Assembly (NCBI GenBank): GCA_018646105.1
Contig: JABGVJ010000099.1
Coordinates: forward strand, 5,387 to 69,386
DNA: 64,000 bases
DNA from: a bacterium
Lineage (GTDB): Bacteria; Margulisbacteria; Marinamargulisbacteria; JABGVJ01
Direction: 5' to 3'
The position numbers and the translations under genes are program-made. Below the pieces are notes generated by a model that was not told where the DNA came from, did not search any database, and was given only the letters and a program-made list of their open reading frames with translations. Position 1 is the first letter of the stretch; every line of letters begins with the position of its first letter. Of the stretch, positions 19,635-29,160 are shown piece after piece.

Positions 19635-20570
19635 ATGAAAAAGATTATTTTTGTTTTGTTATTAATTTTAGGTTTTTCAGGGATATTATGGGCAAATCAG
19701 GTTATTGAAGTAGGAGATACGCTTTCGTTTTATGCTGTGGATGATAAGCAAACAGATTTGATTTTGGGGTCTGTAGTTCAGGATGCGAGTTCTGTGGTTG
19801 ATAAGTTGCATGATAGGGTAGTTTCTAGTAGTGGTGAAGTATATTTGATAAATATTGGTATTTTTAAAGTAGTAGGAAGAACTATTCCAGAAGTTGAAGA
19901 CCTGGTTTTAAGAAAATTAAAAAGACATTATAAGTATGTAGAAGTTAAGGTGCTTTTAAAAAATATTAGATTGAATCGAATTTATGTTTTAGGGGAAGTA
20001 GTAAAACCAGGTCTTTATGAAATACCAGGGTATGACAAAATTAGAAATAAATTGATGAATGTTATTAATTTAGCGGGAGGGTTCAAAACCCAGGCTGATT
20101 TGAAAAATGTTTTAATGATGCGAAAAGGGGGGATTACGCATATCGCTGATTTATATAAGTTAATAAATAAAAATGATTTGAGCCAAAATTTGTCTTTAGA
20201 AGATGGGGATACGATTTTGGTTAAACGTACGTTTGTTAGTATATATATTTTGGGTCAGGTTAATAAGCCAGGAAGTTATCCCTACATACCAGATGCGAAT
20301 TTTATGGATTATCTTTCAGAAGCTGGTGGTTATACTGAAAAAGCTGATACAGGTAATGTTGGAATTGTTAGAAGAAAAAAGGAAAGAGTGGAAGTTTACA
20401 GAATAAGAGCAGATTTATTTAATTTTAATAATGATACTTTGAAATTCGCATTGCAAGAAGGTGATATTGTTTTTGTGCCGAAACATTTTTTTGCAGATTG
20501 GAAAGATATTGGCGCATTCTTAGGACTTGCAAGAAATACGATTTATTTTTATGACATGATTACGAATTAG
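19635..20570 (+). CDS. Polysaccharide export protein, Wza/KpsD-like with SLBB domains. Start set at MKKIIFVLL.
   Basis: Signal peptide; polysaccharide-export and SLBB-like segments. It is the first gene of the EPS locus. Confidence 0.65.
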   Translation: MKKIIFVLLLILGFSGILWANQVIEVGDTLSFYAVDDKQTDLILGSVVQDASSVVDKLHDRVVSSSGEVYLINIGIFKVVGRTIPEVEDLVLRKLKRHYKYVEVKVLLKNIRLNRIYVLGEVVKPGLYEIPGYDKIRNKLMNVINLAGGFKTQADLKNVLMMRKGGITHIADLYKLINKNDLSQNLSLEDGDTILVKRTFVSIYILGQVNKPGSYPYIPDANFMDYLSEAGGYTEKADTGNVGIVRRKKERVEVYRIRADLFNFNNDTLKFALQEGDIVFVPKHFFADWKDIGAFLGLARNTIYFYDMITN

Positions 20571-21248
20571 ATGATTGATATTCATAGTCATATTTTGTAC
20601 GGAATTGATGATGGAGCAGAGGCCATAGGGGATTCCGTGAAAATGGCTGTAATATATGAAGTATTAGGTTTTAAAAAAGTATATTGTTCACCGCATGTGA
20701 TGAATTTTTATTATGAAAATGATTTAAACAAAGTGGTGCAAAGATGTGCGGAATTACAAGAAGTTTTAAACAAAGAAAAAATAGAGCTAGAGTTGATACC
20801 TTTTGCAGAAGTTTATTTGGATGAGTCAGTACCCGCAAAGGTAGCGCAAAAAAAATTGCCTGTAATTAATGGTAAATTATTAGTGGAAGGACCTTTAAAT
20901 GAGTGGCCACCTTATTTGGAGGAGATTTTATTTGCGATTAAAATTTACAATGTGTGTCCTATTATCGCACATATAGAAAGAAATCGAGATTTACAAAAAA
21001 ATTTGGCTAAGATTAGGCAATTAAAAGAAGGTGGATGTTTGATCCAAGGAAATATTTTGAGTATAACAGGGTATTATGGGGCATCTGCCAAGCGTTGTTT
21101 TGAGGAATTATTAAAAGCAGATTTATATGATTTTTTAGCCACAGATATGCATAATGCAGAAAATAATGTGGCGATGTATCGAGAGGCAATGGATAAAGCG
21201 AAAAAGTTGGTGGGTGAGCAAGTTAAAGCGTTATTCAAGGAGGTTTAA
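20571..21248 (+). CDS. CpsB/YwqE-type PHP-domain protein-tyrosine phosphatase
   Basis: MIDIHSHILYGIDDGA N-terminus with a PHP His/Asp metal motif; 225 aa. Confidence 0.75.
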   Translation: MIDIHSHILYGIDDGAEAIGDSVKMAVIYEVLGFKKVYCSPHVMNFYYENDLNKVVQRCAELQEVLNKEKIELELIPFAEVYLDESVPAKVAQKKLPVINGKLLVEGPLNEWPPYLEEILFAIKIYNVCPIIAHIERNRDLQKNLAKIRQLKEGGCLIQGNILSITGYYGASAKRCFEELLKADLYDFLATDMHNAENNVAMYREAMDKAKKLVGEQVKALFKEV

Positions 21249-21252
21249 GTAA

Positions 21253-23124
21253 ATGGAAATTTTAGATTATTATTACATGTTTTTAAGAAGAAAATGGGTA
21301 TTTGGACTGGCTTTTGTCTCCTGTATATTGATTATGCTTATTTGGTTAGTTAATGCGACTCCTATTTTTAAGGCTGAGGCGAAGTTGTTGTTTCACGGGT
21401 CGGCGATTGCTAGTATTATGAATATTAGCTCTACAGATGCTACAGCTGACATATCTACTCAAATGGAGCTTATAAAGACAAGACCGATAGCTAAAGCAGT
21501 TGTTCATAAGCTTAAATTAGTGGATGAAGCAGGGAATTTTTGGGATGAAGGTGGTTTGGCAGGAGGGGTTATAGTAGAGGCGGTTAGAGGTACTTCTATT
21601 TTTATGCTTGCATATAGACATAAAAATAGAAAGTTAGTGACTGATATAGTAAATGCGTTTGCGCAAGTAGTGGTTGAGCAAAATAGAGAAGTTAATCGAG
21701 AAGAATATCAATTAGCGATACGTTTTATTGAAACGCAAATTGAGAAACGTAGAGATGGTTTTGAGCGGAGCCAACAAAAATTACTTGATTTTCTAAAACG
21801 GGAAGATTCAGTAGCAGTATCAAAAGAAACAGAAATTCTAGTTGCTCGGTTAGTTTCTTTTACAACGACTGAAGTTGATTTGGCATCAGAAATAGAAGTA
21901 GCTAATGCGAAAATGGTTGCATTAAATAAAAAGATAATACAAATGAGTAACATTAATGCTCCTTTTATTTCACAATGGAAAAACGAAGTTAATCAATTGA
22001 ATATTGGTTTAACAGGATTGAATGCACGTAAAACTTTTTTACAAAATGAGATTCTGGAAATAAAGAATGAAATTAGTAAATTGCCTCCTAAAGAATTGCT
22101 TTATGCGCAATTAGTAAGTGAATCTAATTTTGAGAATAAACTTTTAAATAATCTGTTAATTAAATTAGAAGAGACCAAAATTTTTGAAGCTGCGAAAATA
22201 GCATCTATTAGGATTGTTGAGCCGGCGATTATGCCGAAATCCCCTGTTTTTCCGAATAAAAAGAAAGTTTTACTTTTGGGTATTACTATGGGTTTAATGG
22301 CGGGCGGAGCTTTGGTATTACTTTTGGAATATTTTGATCAAGGTTTAAGAAGTCTGGATGAGGTTAAAGAAATTACAAATTGGGCTAGGCTAGGGGTAAT
22401 ACCTAAAGATAAAGACGATCAAGATTTTGAATATTTGATTACTAAGGCGCATCCCAAATCACCTATTTCGGAAAGTTATCGAGGTTTGCGTACAAATATT
22501 CATTATACGGCTGTGGATAAAGAGATCAAAAGTTTGGTGGTGACTAGTAGCGCGCCGGGAGAAGGAAAAACTACGGTAATGACGAATCTGGCGTTTACCC
22601 AAAGTATTTTAGGTAAAAAAGTTTTATTGATGGATGTGGATCTTCGAAAGCCCAAAACACATAAAAAATTTGGTTTGAAAAATACTGTGGGTTTGACCAG
22701 TGTTTTGGTGGGATCAATAGATTTAGAGAAAGTTATTCAGGAAACGGGTATTCCTAATCTTTTTGTTTTAACTGCAGGGCCGATTCCGCCAAATCCTGCA
22801 GAATTGATTGAGAGTAAGAAGTTTAGTGAAATGTTGGAACAATTAAAAAAAGAGTTTGATTTGGTGTTATTGGATTCACCACCATTTCAGGCAGTAACAG
22901 ACGCAGCGATTCTTTTTAAGAAAGTTGATGGTTATATTTTTGTGGTGGATATAGAAAAAACTACACGAGATTTATTAAAACAAACCTCAGATCATATCAA
23001 GCAAATGAATTTACCGCCATTGGGGTATGTGATTAATAATTTGGCTTTGGATAAGAATAAGTATTATGGGAAGACTTACTATTATCATTATGATTATAAT
23101 AGTAAATCTAAACCAAAGCGGTAA
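21253..23124 (+). CDS. Wzc-like polysaccharide co-polymerase fused to a BY tyrosine kinase
   Basis: Wzz-like periplasmic coiled-coil N-terminal part with two TM helices; Walker A SSAPGEGKTT; C-terminal Tyr-rich tail YYGKTYYYHYDY. Confidence 0.75.
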   Translation: MEILDYYYMFLRRKWVFGLAFVSCILIMLIWLVNATPIFKAEAKLLFHGSAIASIMNISSTDATADISTQMELIKTRPIAKAVVHKLKLVDEAGNFWDEGGLAGGVIVEAVRGTSIFMLAYRHKNRKLVTDIVNAFAQVVVEQNREVNREEYQLAIRFIETQIEKRRDGFERSQQKLLDFLKREDSVAVSKETEILVARLVSFTTTEVDLASEIEVANAKMVALNKKIIQMSNINAPFISQWKNEVNQLNIGLTGLNARKTFLQNEILEIKNEISKLPPKELLYAQLVSESNFENKLLNNLLIKLEETKIFEAAKIASIRIVEPAIMPKSPVFPNKKKVLLLGITMGLMAGGALVLLLEYFDQGLRSLDEVKEITNWARLGVIPKDKDDQDFEYLITKAHPKSPISESYRGLRTNIHYTAVDKEIKSLVVTSSAPGEGKTTVMTNLAFTQSILGKKVLLMDVDLRKPKTHKKFGLKNTVGLTSVLVGSIDLEKVIQETGIPNLFVLTAGPIPPNPAELIESKKFSEMLEQLKKEFDLVLLDSPPFQAVTDAAILFKKVDGYIFVVDIEKTTRDLLKQTSDHIKQMNLPPLGYVINNLALDKNKYYGKTYYYHYDYNSKSKPKR

Positions 23125-23157
23125 ATTTTGATTTATGCCTGGTCTAAAATCAAAATT
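23124..23157 (+). terminator. Weak AT-rich hairpin (AATTTTGATTT-loop-AAATCAAAATT) with T-rich trailer between the wzc-like gene and the sugar-transferase gene
   Basis: 10/11-bp inverted repeat immediately after the stop codon. Low stem stability. Confidence 0.25.
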
Positions 23158-23205
23158 TATTTTGTTTTGATTTGGATTAAAATTATTTTAATACGGAGTT
23201 AAGCA

Positions 23206-24582
23206 ATGCTGAGAAGATATTCGACGACGATTAGACGAAGTGAATATGTACTTGATTTTTTAATCAATGTTTTGATTTTAGGTGTTTTGATTAAATCATC
23301 GAAATATTTTGAACTTAATTTACATACTATTTTTAGTTTTGCAGTTTTATTTGTAGTAGGTCAGATTTTGATTTTTCGGGTTTTGGGTTTGTATGGGTCC
23401 AGGCGGTTTAGGTCTTTATTGCAACAATTGGTTTTAATTACTACCAGTATTTTAATTCATGCAGTATTGGTAAGTGTTTTTTATGCAGGTGCGCGTTTTT
23501 TCTTGGATTTTTCTTTAATTTCTTATATAAAATTGTTGATGACCTATTATTTAGTAGCGATGCTTTTATATTTAGTCAAAGGTTTGTTAGTGAAAAGTGT
23601 GACTTTTTATTGGCGTACTAGAGGTTATAATTCCAGGTATGTGTTATTGGTAGGGGAAGATGCGTTAGAAGAGGTGGTTTTAGATTTTGAAGAAAATAGT
23701 AAATTAGGCATAGCGATTATTGGATATATAAGTAGTAAGCCATTAACTAATTTTAAATTAACCAATTTTAAATTAAATTATTTGGGAGATTATACTGACT
23801 TTGAGCAGGTTTTGAATAACAAAGTGGTGGATCAGGTGGTTTTAGTGCCGGGTAAAGAGTATCAAGAGCAATATCAAAAAATGATGACTTTGATGAAGTT
23901 GCATGGAAAAGAATTTTATATTTATAAGGTAGAAGATAGTGAGCCATTTAAGCAAAATAGTTGTTTGTTTTGTGACAAAGTTTTTAGAATGAATAAAAGA
24001 ATTTTTGATTTAGTGGTTTCGTTGATTTTATTGTTTTTTTTAGCGCCTTTGTTGTTAGTTGTGGCCTTAGCGATTAAATTAACTTCGTCTGGACCAGTAT
24101 TTTTTAAACAAAAACGGATGGGGAAAAACCGACGTTTGTTTGTTTTATATAAATTCAGGTCAATGTGTGTGGATGCAGATAAAAAGAAAAAAGTCTTGAT
24201 GCAGTTTAATGAAATGCAGGGCCCCGCATTTAAGATGAAAAATGATCCGCGTGTCACTAAAATTGGTAGCTTTTTAAGAAAAACTAGTTTAGATGAATTA
24301 CCTCAATTAATTAATGTTTTGCGAGGTGAGATGTCTTTGGTAGGACCAAGACCGCCGTTGCCGGCAGAAGTAAAGGAATATGATGATTGGCATAATAAAA
24401 GATTGTCTATAAAACCAGGTATTACTTGTATTTGGCAGGTGTCTGGTAGAAATGAAATTCAAGATTTTGATGATTGGGTGAATTTGGATTTGGAATATAT
24501 TAAGACACGGTCGTTTAAACATGATATTAAGTTGTTGTTGAAAACTATTCCGGCGGTGTTTAAGTCTAGGGGGGCTTCTTAG
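23206..24582 (+). CDS. Undecaprenyl-phosphate sugar phosphotransferase (WbaP/CpsE-type initiating transferase)
   Basis: 458 aa. N-terminal TM helices plus a C-terminal bacterial sugar transferase domain (KFRSM, PGITCIWQVSGRNE). Confidence 0.8.
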   Translation: MLRRYSTTIRRSEYVLDFLINVLILGVLIKSSKYFELNLHTIFSFAVLFVVGQILIFRVLGLYGSRRFRSLLQQLVLITTSILIHAVLVSVFYAGARFFLDFSLISYIKLLMTYYLVAMLLYLVKGLLVKSVTFYWRTRGYNSRYVLLVGEDALEEVVLDFEENSKLGIAIIGYISSKPLTNFKLTNFKLNYLGDYTDFEQVLNNKVVDQVVLVPGKEYQEQYQKMMTLMKLHGKEFYIYKVEDSEPFKQNSCLFCDKVFRMNKRIFDLVVSLILLFFLAPLLLVVALAIKLTSSGPVFFKQKRMGKNRRLFVLYKFRSMCVDADKKKKVLMQFNEMQGPAFKMKNDPRVTKIGSFLRKTSLDELPQLINVLRGEMSLVGPRPPLPAEVKEYDDWHNKRLSIKPGITCIWQVSGRNEIQDFDDWVNLDLEYIKTRSFKHDIKLLLKTIPAVFKSRGAS

Positions 24583-24625
24583 GCCTCACCCCCTAACCCC
24601 CTCTCCATATTAATGGAGAGGGGGG
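24582..24625. repeat. REP-like palindromic element, copy 3. It starts at the stop codon of the sugar transferase gene, and its tail supplies the RBS and ATG of wecB.
   Basis: Identical core to copy 2. The tail AGAAGGAAAAAGCATAGCTATGAAA ends in the wecB start codon at 24653. Confidence 0.7.
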
Positions 24626-24652
24626 ATAAAAAAAGAAGGAAAAAGCATAGCT

Positions 24653-25768
24653 ATGAAAAAGGTATTATTTATTTTTGGGACGCGGCCAGAGGCCATAAAG
24701 ATGGCGCCGTTGGTAAAGGCTTTTCAGAAAGATACGCAAAATTTCGAAACCAAGGTTTGTGTTACGGCACAGCATAGATCAATGCTTGATCAGGTTTTGG
24801 ATTTTTTTGAGATTAAGCCTGATTATGATCTGGATTTGATGTTGCCGGGCCAAACACTTTTTGATATTACAGCGCGAGTTTTGAAGGGCTTGGAAAAAGT
24901 TTTGGATGATTGTGAGCCAGAGGTGATTTTTGTACAGGGTGATACGACCACGGTTTTTGTGGGGGCCTTGGCTGGTTTTTATAAAAAAATAAAAATAGCA
25001 CATATTGAAGCGGGTCTTAGAAGTAATAATAAGTATTCACCGTTTCCCGAGGAAATAAACCGTAAGTTAACCGGACATATGACAGATTATCATTTTGCGC
25101 CAACTGAAAAAGCAGTGAAAAGTTTGCGAAAAGAAGGTATTACAGAGAATGTGTGGCAGGTAGGAAATACAGTGATAGACGCTTTGTTTTTGGGGTTAAA
25201 AATTATTAAAGAACAAGGTGAAGATAAGTATTATGATTTTTTTAAAGACATTGATTTTAATAAAAAAATAATTTTAGTAACTAGTCATCGTAGAGAAAGT
25301 TTTGGTAAACCTTTTGAAGAAATATGCGAAGCTATTAAGGAGATTGCTGAAGCATATCCAGCTGTAGAGATCGTGTATCCGGTACATTTAAATCCTAATG
25401 TCCAAAAAACAGTAAAAAGTATTTTAAAAAATATTAAAAATGTACATTTGATAGATCCTTTAAATTACCCTTATTTAATATGGTTAATGCAAAAGGCTTA
25501 TTTGGTTTTAACTGACTCAGGAGGTATACAAGAAGAAGCTCCTTCATTAGGTAAACCGGTTTTAGTTATGCGGGATGTGACGGAACGTATGGAAGGGGTA
25601 GAAGCGGGAACCGCGAAGTTGGTGGGAACAGATAGGCAGTGTATAATAAAAAATGTCACGCAATTATTGGATGATCAAAAAGTATATGCTCAAATGGCGC
25701 AGGCGGTAAATCCTTATGGTGAGGGTACAACATCGCAACAGGTGTTAGAAATTATGAGGGAAATTTGA
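24653..25768 (+). CDS. wecB: UDP-N-acetylglucosamine 2-epimerase, non-hydrolysing (WecB/WbpI-like)
   Basis: 371 aa. KVLFIFGTRPEAIKMAP N-terminus and the characteristic DSGGIQEEAPSLGKPVLV motif. Confidence 0.85.
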   Translation: MKKVLFIFGTRPEAIKMAPLVKAFQKDTQNFETKVCVTAQHRSMLDQVLDFFEIKPDYDLDLMLPGQTLFDITARVLKGLEKVLDDCEPEVIFVQGDTTTVFVGALAGFYKKIKIAHIEAGLRSNNKYSPFPEEINRKLTGHMTDYHFAPTEKAVKSLRKEGITENVWQVGNTVIDALFLGLKIIKEQGEDKYYDFFKDIDFNKKIILVTSHRRESFGKPFEEICEAIKEIAEAYPAVEIVYPVHLNPNVQKTVKSILKNIKNVHLIDPLNYPYLIWLMQKAYLVLTDSGGIQEEAPSLGKPVLVMRDVTERMEGVEAGTAKLVGTDRQCIIKNVTQLLDDQKVYAQMAQAVNPYGEGTTSQQVLEIMREI

Positions 25769-25769
25769 A

Positions 25770-26978
25770 ATGGAAAAAAAAGTTTGTGTATTAGGCCTTG
25801 GATATATAGGGTTACCCACTGCTTCGATTTTGGCTAATAAAGGATATGACGTATTAGGTGTCGATGTGTCCAAAAAGATCGTAGATACGATTAATCGTGG
25901 CGAGATACATATTGTGGAGCCGGATCTTGATGTTTTGGTTAAGTCAGCGGTAAATTCAGGGCAATTAACAGCTTCTCTGAATCCAGCATCTGCAGATATT
26001 TTTTATATTTGTGTGCCAACGCCTTTTAAAGAAGATCATAAGCCAGATATTTCTTATGTTATATCAGCTACGGAAAGTATTTTGCCTTATGTTAAAAAAG
26101 GAAATTTAGTGATTTTAGAATCTACATCTCCACCAAAAACAACTTTAAAAGTTGCAGAAATATTAAAAAAGACCGGCTTTGCCATAGGTGAAGAGGTTTT
26201 TGTTGCGCATGCGCCGGAACGAGTATTGCCGGGGAAAATATTACATGAAGCTATTTATAATGATCGTATTATTGGTGGGATAAATGATAAATCAGCACAA
26301 ATTTGTCAGCAGTTTTATAAAACTTTTGTACAAGGAAATATTTATGTGACAGATTCGGTAACAGCGGAAATGGCAAAGCTTTGTGAAAATTCTTTTCGGG
26401 ATGTGAATATAGCATTTGCGAATGAGCTTTCGATGATTGCTGATAAGCTGGAAATTGATGTGTGGGAATTGATTGATCTGGCAAATAAACATCCTAGGGT
26501 AAATATTTTAAAGCCTGGGCCAGGAGTAGGCGGTCATTGTTTGGCTGTGGATCCCTGGTTTATTGTGGATGCAGTTCCAAAGGAGACTAAATTGATTAGG
26601 ACTGCGCGGGAAATAAATGATTTTAAACCGGATTTTATTCTGGGAAAGATTAAGCAAGCAGCTGCTAAATTTAAAAAGCCAGTGATTGGTTGTTTGGGAT
26701 TAGCTTATAAACCGGATATTGATGATTTGAGAGAGTCTCCGGCGAAAGTGATTGTGCAGAAGTTATTAAAAGAGAAAGTAGGAGAGATTTTGGTTTGTGA
26801 ACCAAATGTAAAAGAAGACGAGGTGGAGAGTATGAAGCTAAGTAGCTTGGTAGAATTGATGGAAAAAGCAGATATTGTGGTAGGGTTGGTAGGGCATAAG
26901 GAGTTTAGGGAGATGGAGAGAAGTGTTCTGGCAGAAAAGATTGTGATAGATGCATGTGGAATGTGGGAGATGATTTGA
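25770..26978 (+). CDS. wecC: UDP-N-acetyl-D-mannosamine (or UDP-GlcNAc) 6-dehydrogenase (WecC/WbpA-like)
   Basis: UDP-glucose/GDP-mannose dehydrogenase family: N-terminal GLGYIGLP Rossmann fold, catalytic Cys region GGHCL, C-terminal UDP-binding domain. Confidence 0.8.
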   Translation: MEKKVCVLGLGYIGLPTASILANKGYDVLGVDVSKKIVDTINRGEIHIVEPDLDVLVKSAVNSGQLTASLNPASADIFYICVPTPFKEDHKPDISYVISATESILPYVKKGNLVILESTSPPKTTLKVAEILKKTGFAIGEEVFVAHAPERVLPGKILHEAIYNDRIIGGINDKSAQICQQFYKTFVQGNIYVTDSVTAEMAKLCENSFRDVNIAFANELSMIADKLEIDVWELIDLANKHPRVNILKPGPGVGGHCLAVDPWFIVDAVPKETKLIRTAREINDFKPDFILGKIKQAAAKFKKPVIGCLGLAYKPDIDDLRESPAKVIVQKLLKEKVGEILVCEPNVKEDEVESMKLSSLVELMEKADIVVGLVGHKEFREMERSVLAEKIVIDACGMWEMI

Positions 26979-27029
26979 TGGATTATTTTTTGGACGAAAT
27001 GCGTATTGGGTGGGGGTATTACATTTCTA

Positions 27030-27536
27030 TTATATTAATTCCCTTAAATTTTTAATAATTTTAACCTTTTTGTTTTTAAAATAATTTTGCCAATCTAAAA
27101 ACTCAGTGTATTCTGACATAAATACAAAATCAGCTCCAATAGACTTTGCGCTTTCATAATCATATTTACTGTCTCCTATAAAAATAATAGGCGGCTTTAT
27201 TAAACCTGTTTTCAATTCTCTCTTCAAAATTTTAATTTTATTATCAGGACATCCAAATATACCATCAAGGTTAGACGTTAATCCTTTATCTTTAAATATT
27301 TTTCTAAGTTTTGTTTGCAAGCCACCTGAAACAATTATTTTTTTACTATCTGGCGATAATGCTTGTATTAATTCTTTAAACCCTTCTGTTTCCAGGCAAG
27401 CCAGTAATTTTTTTTCTAGAATTAAACTAAAAGTTTGTAAAAGTTTTTTTAAATCATCTTCATATTCTTTTTGTCCTATAATCGTGCTGAAAAAATATTC
27501 TAATTTTTCAAAGCGGGAAATGCCGCCTTCCTTCAT
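27030..27536 (-). CDS. HAD-like/KdsC-sized hydrolase homolog lacking the N-terminal DxDG nucleophile motif; possibly inactive or truncated
   Basis: 168 aa. Has HAD motifs II-IV (IIVSGG, K, FIGDSKYD) but no motif I. Confidence 0.35.
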   Translation of the reverse strand: MKEGGISRFEKLEYFFSTIIGQKEYEDDLKKLLQTFSLILEKKLLACLETEGFKELIQALSPDSKKIIVSGGLQTKLRKIFKDKGLTSNLDGIFGCPDNKIKILKRELKTGLIKPPIIFIGDSKYDYESAKSIGADFVFMSEYTEFLDWQNYFKNKKVKIIKNLRELI

Positions 27537-27625
27537 ATGATACTTTATAAAAAGTTGTGGATATTATTAATATAGGAAATACCCATATGCTTACGTGAAA
27601 TGGACTGAAAACCGTAATATGTATG

Positions 27626-28381
27626 CTATTTAATTGAATATTTGTTTTTATATAAACTATCTTTTTCCATTTCTTTTCTTACAAAAATCAAATCTTCCTT
27701 GGTATCTACACTAACAGCTTCACTTTCAACTTTAACCGCTTTAATCTTATATCCTTTTTCTAGTATTCTCAAATATTCATTGTATTCTATTTTTTCTAAT
27801 TTTGTTTTGGGCCATGCTGCATATTGCAATAAAAAAGATTTTCGAAAAGGAACAATGTGATAAGCTTTTAACATTGGCGGGTTAGGAGTTCTGGCACAAG
27901 AGGGGATATCGGCTCTAGATAAATACATAACTTCCATATTTTCATTAACCACCGCCTTTATATCTGATGGCGAATTAACTTTATTATAAGGATTGACTAA
28001 AATTGCGATATTTAGGTTAGAATTTTTCTTTAATTCGACTGTAACAGCATTAATATGATCTGGGTTTACTAAGGCTTCATCTCCTTGAATATTAACAACA
28101 ATTTCGCATTCAATTTCTTTTGCTGCCTCAGCTATCCGATCTGTCCCTGTTTGATGCTCTTTGTTTGTCATAATAGCTTTCCCGCCGTGCGACACAATAA
28201 CGTCATGAATTTCTGAGCTATCTGTTGCAACATAAACCTCATCTAATTCATTTGATAATAGACTTCTCTTGTAAACATGGACTATCATAGGCAATCCACA
28301 TATATCTACAAGAGCTTTTCTAGGAAGACGAGAAGATTCTAATCTCGCCGGAATAATACCAACTGTTTTTTGCTTTTTCAT
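27626..28381 (-). CDS. CMP-sugar synthetase of the acylneuraminate/Kdo cytidylyltransferase family
   Basis: 251 aa. N-terminal GIIPARLESSRLPRKAL nucleotide-binding signature. Confidence 0.75.
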   Translation of the reverse strand: MKKQKTVGIIPARLESSRLPRKALVDICGLPMIVHVYKRSLLSNELDEVYVATDSSEIHDVIVSHGGKAIMTNKEHQTGTDRIAEAAKEIECEIVVNIQGDEALVNPDHINAVTVELKKNSNLNIAILVNPYNKVNSPSDIKAVVNENMEVMYLSRADIPSCARTPNPPMLKAYHIVPFRKSFLLQYAAWPKTKLEKIEYNEYLRILEKGYKIKAVKVESEAVSVDTKEDLIFVRKEMEKDSLYKNKYSIK

Positions 28382-29160
28382 TATTTAGTCTCCTCTTTAA
28401 ACCATTGCTGTAATTTATTGATTGGCTTAAACAACACGGAACTATCAACATCGTATGTAATAAAATTCATCCCCATATCTAAAAGCCACTTAACATCTTT
28501 TTCTGATTGAGCGACGAAGCCACCAGCATACTTACCTGCTGATACAACTTTTCTCACACCTTCTTTCATAGTTTTTATGACACTAGCATGTTTAACATTT
28601 CCTGGCACGCCTAATGCTTGAGATAAATCGTAAGCACCAAAATAAACCACATCAATTTCTTTTATTTTTAAGATTTCATCAAGATTATTAAGACCCTCTT
28701 GTGACTCAATGATAATAGAAATAATGGTGAAATCGTTGGCTTGAGCCGCATAATTTTCTTTTCCTAAATTTGTAAATCCACCTGCTTTACTAAATGGTGT
28801 ATAACCTCTTTTACCTTGAGGAAAATATTTTACATAATTCACTATTTTTTTTGCAGATGCATAATCATCAACATGTGGGATCATGATGCCATGCACGCCT
28901 TGGTCTAACGCCTGTAAAGCCATCCAATCAGCGTTTGCCGGGATACGCACTATAGGGGTGCAGTTATGCAATTCACAACGGCTCACATAGTCCTGAACAA
29001 GGTCTAATTGAAAAGGCCCATGCTCAAAATCAATAATTAAAAAATCTAATCCTGTGTGCGCAAGCACCTCCGCGGCCATAGGAGACCCCAACGTATTCCA
29101 CATCCCTAAAACAGGCTGGCCTTTGCTCATTTTGTTTTTTAAATAGTTATTTTTAATCAT
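28381..29160 (-). CDS. HpcH/HpaI-family class II (pyruvate/2-keto-acid) aldolase
   Basis: 259 aa. LIIDFEHGP, VRIP and EIDVVYFGAYDLS motifs of the HpcH/citrate-lyase-beta fold. Confidence 0.7.
   Translation of the reverse strand: MIKNNYLKNKMSKGQPVLGMWNTLGSPMAAEVLAHTGLDFLIIDFEHGPFQLDLVQDYVSRCELHNCTPIVRIPANADWMALQALDQGVHGIMIPHVDDYASAKKIVNYVKYFPQGKRGYTPFSKAGGFTNLGKENYAAQANDFTIISIIIESQEGLNNLDEILKIKEIDVVYFGAYDLSQALGVPGNVKHASVIKTMKEGVRKVVSAGKYAGGFVAQSEKDVKWLLDMGMNFITYDVDSSVLFKPINKLQQWFKEETK

Noticed and set aside
4719-24625. Possibility that the repeated GC-rich elements are a CRISPR array
   Set aside because: The copies are 0.3-13 kb apart, not regularly spaced, and the unit is an internal palindrome with variable flanks. 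No cas genes were seen.
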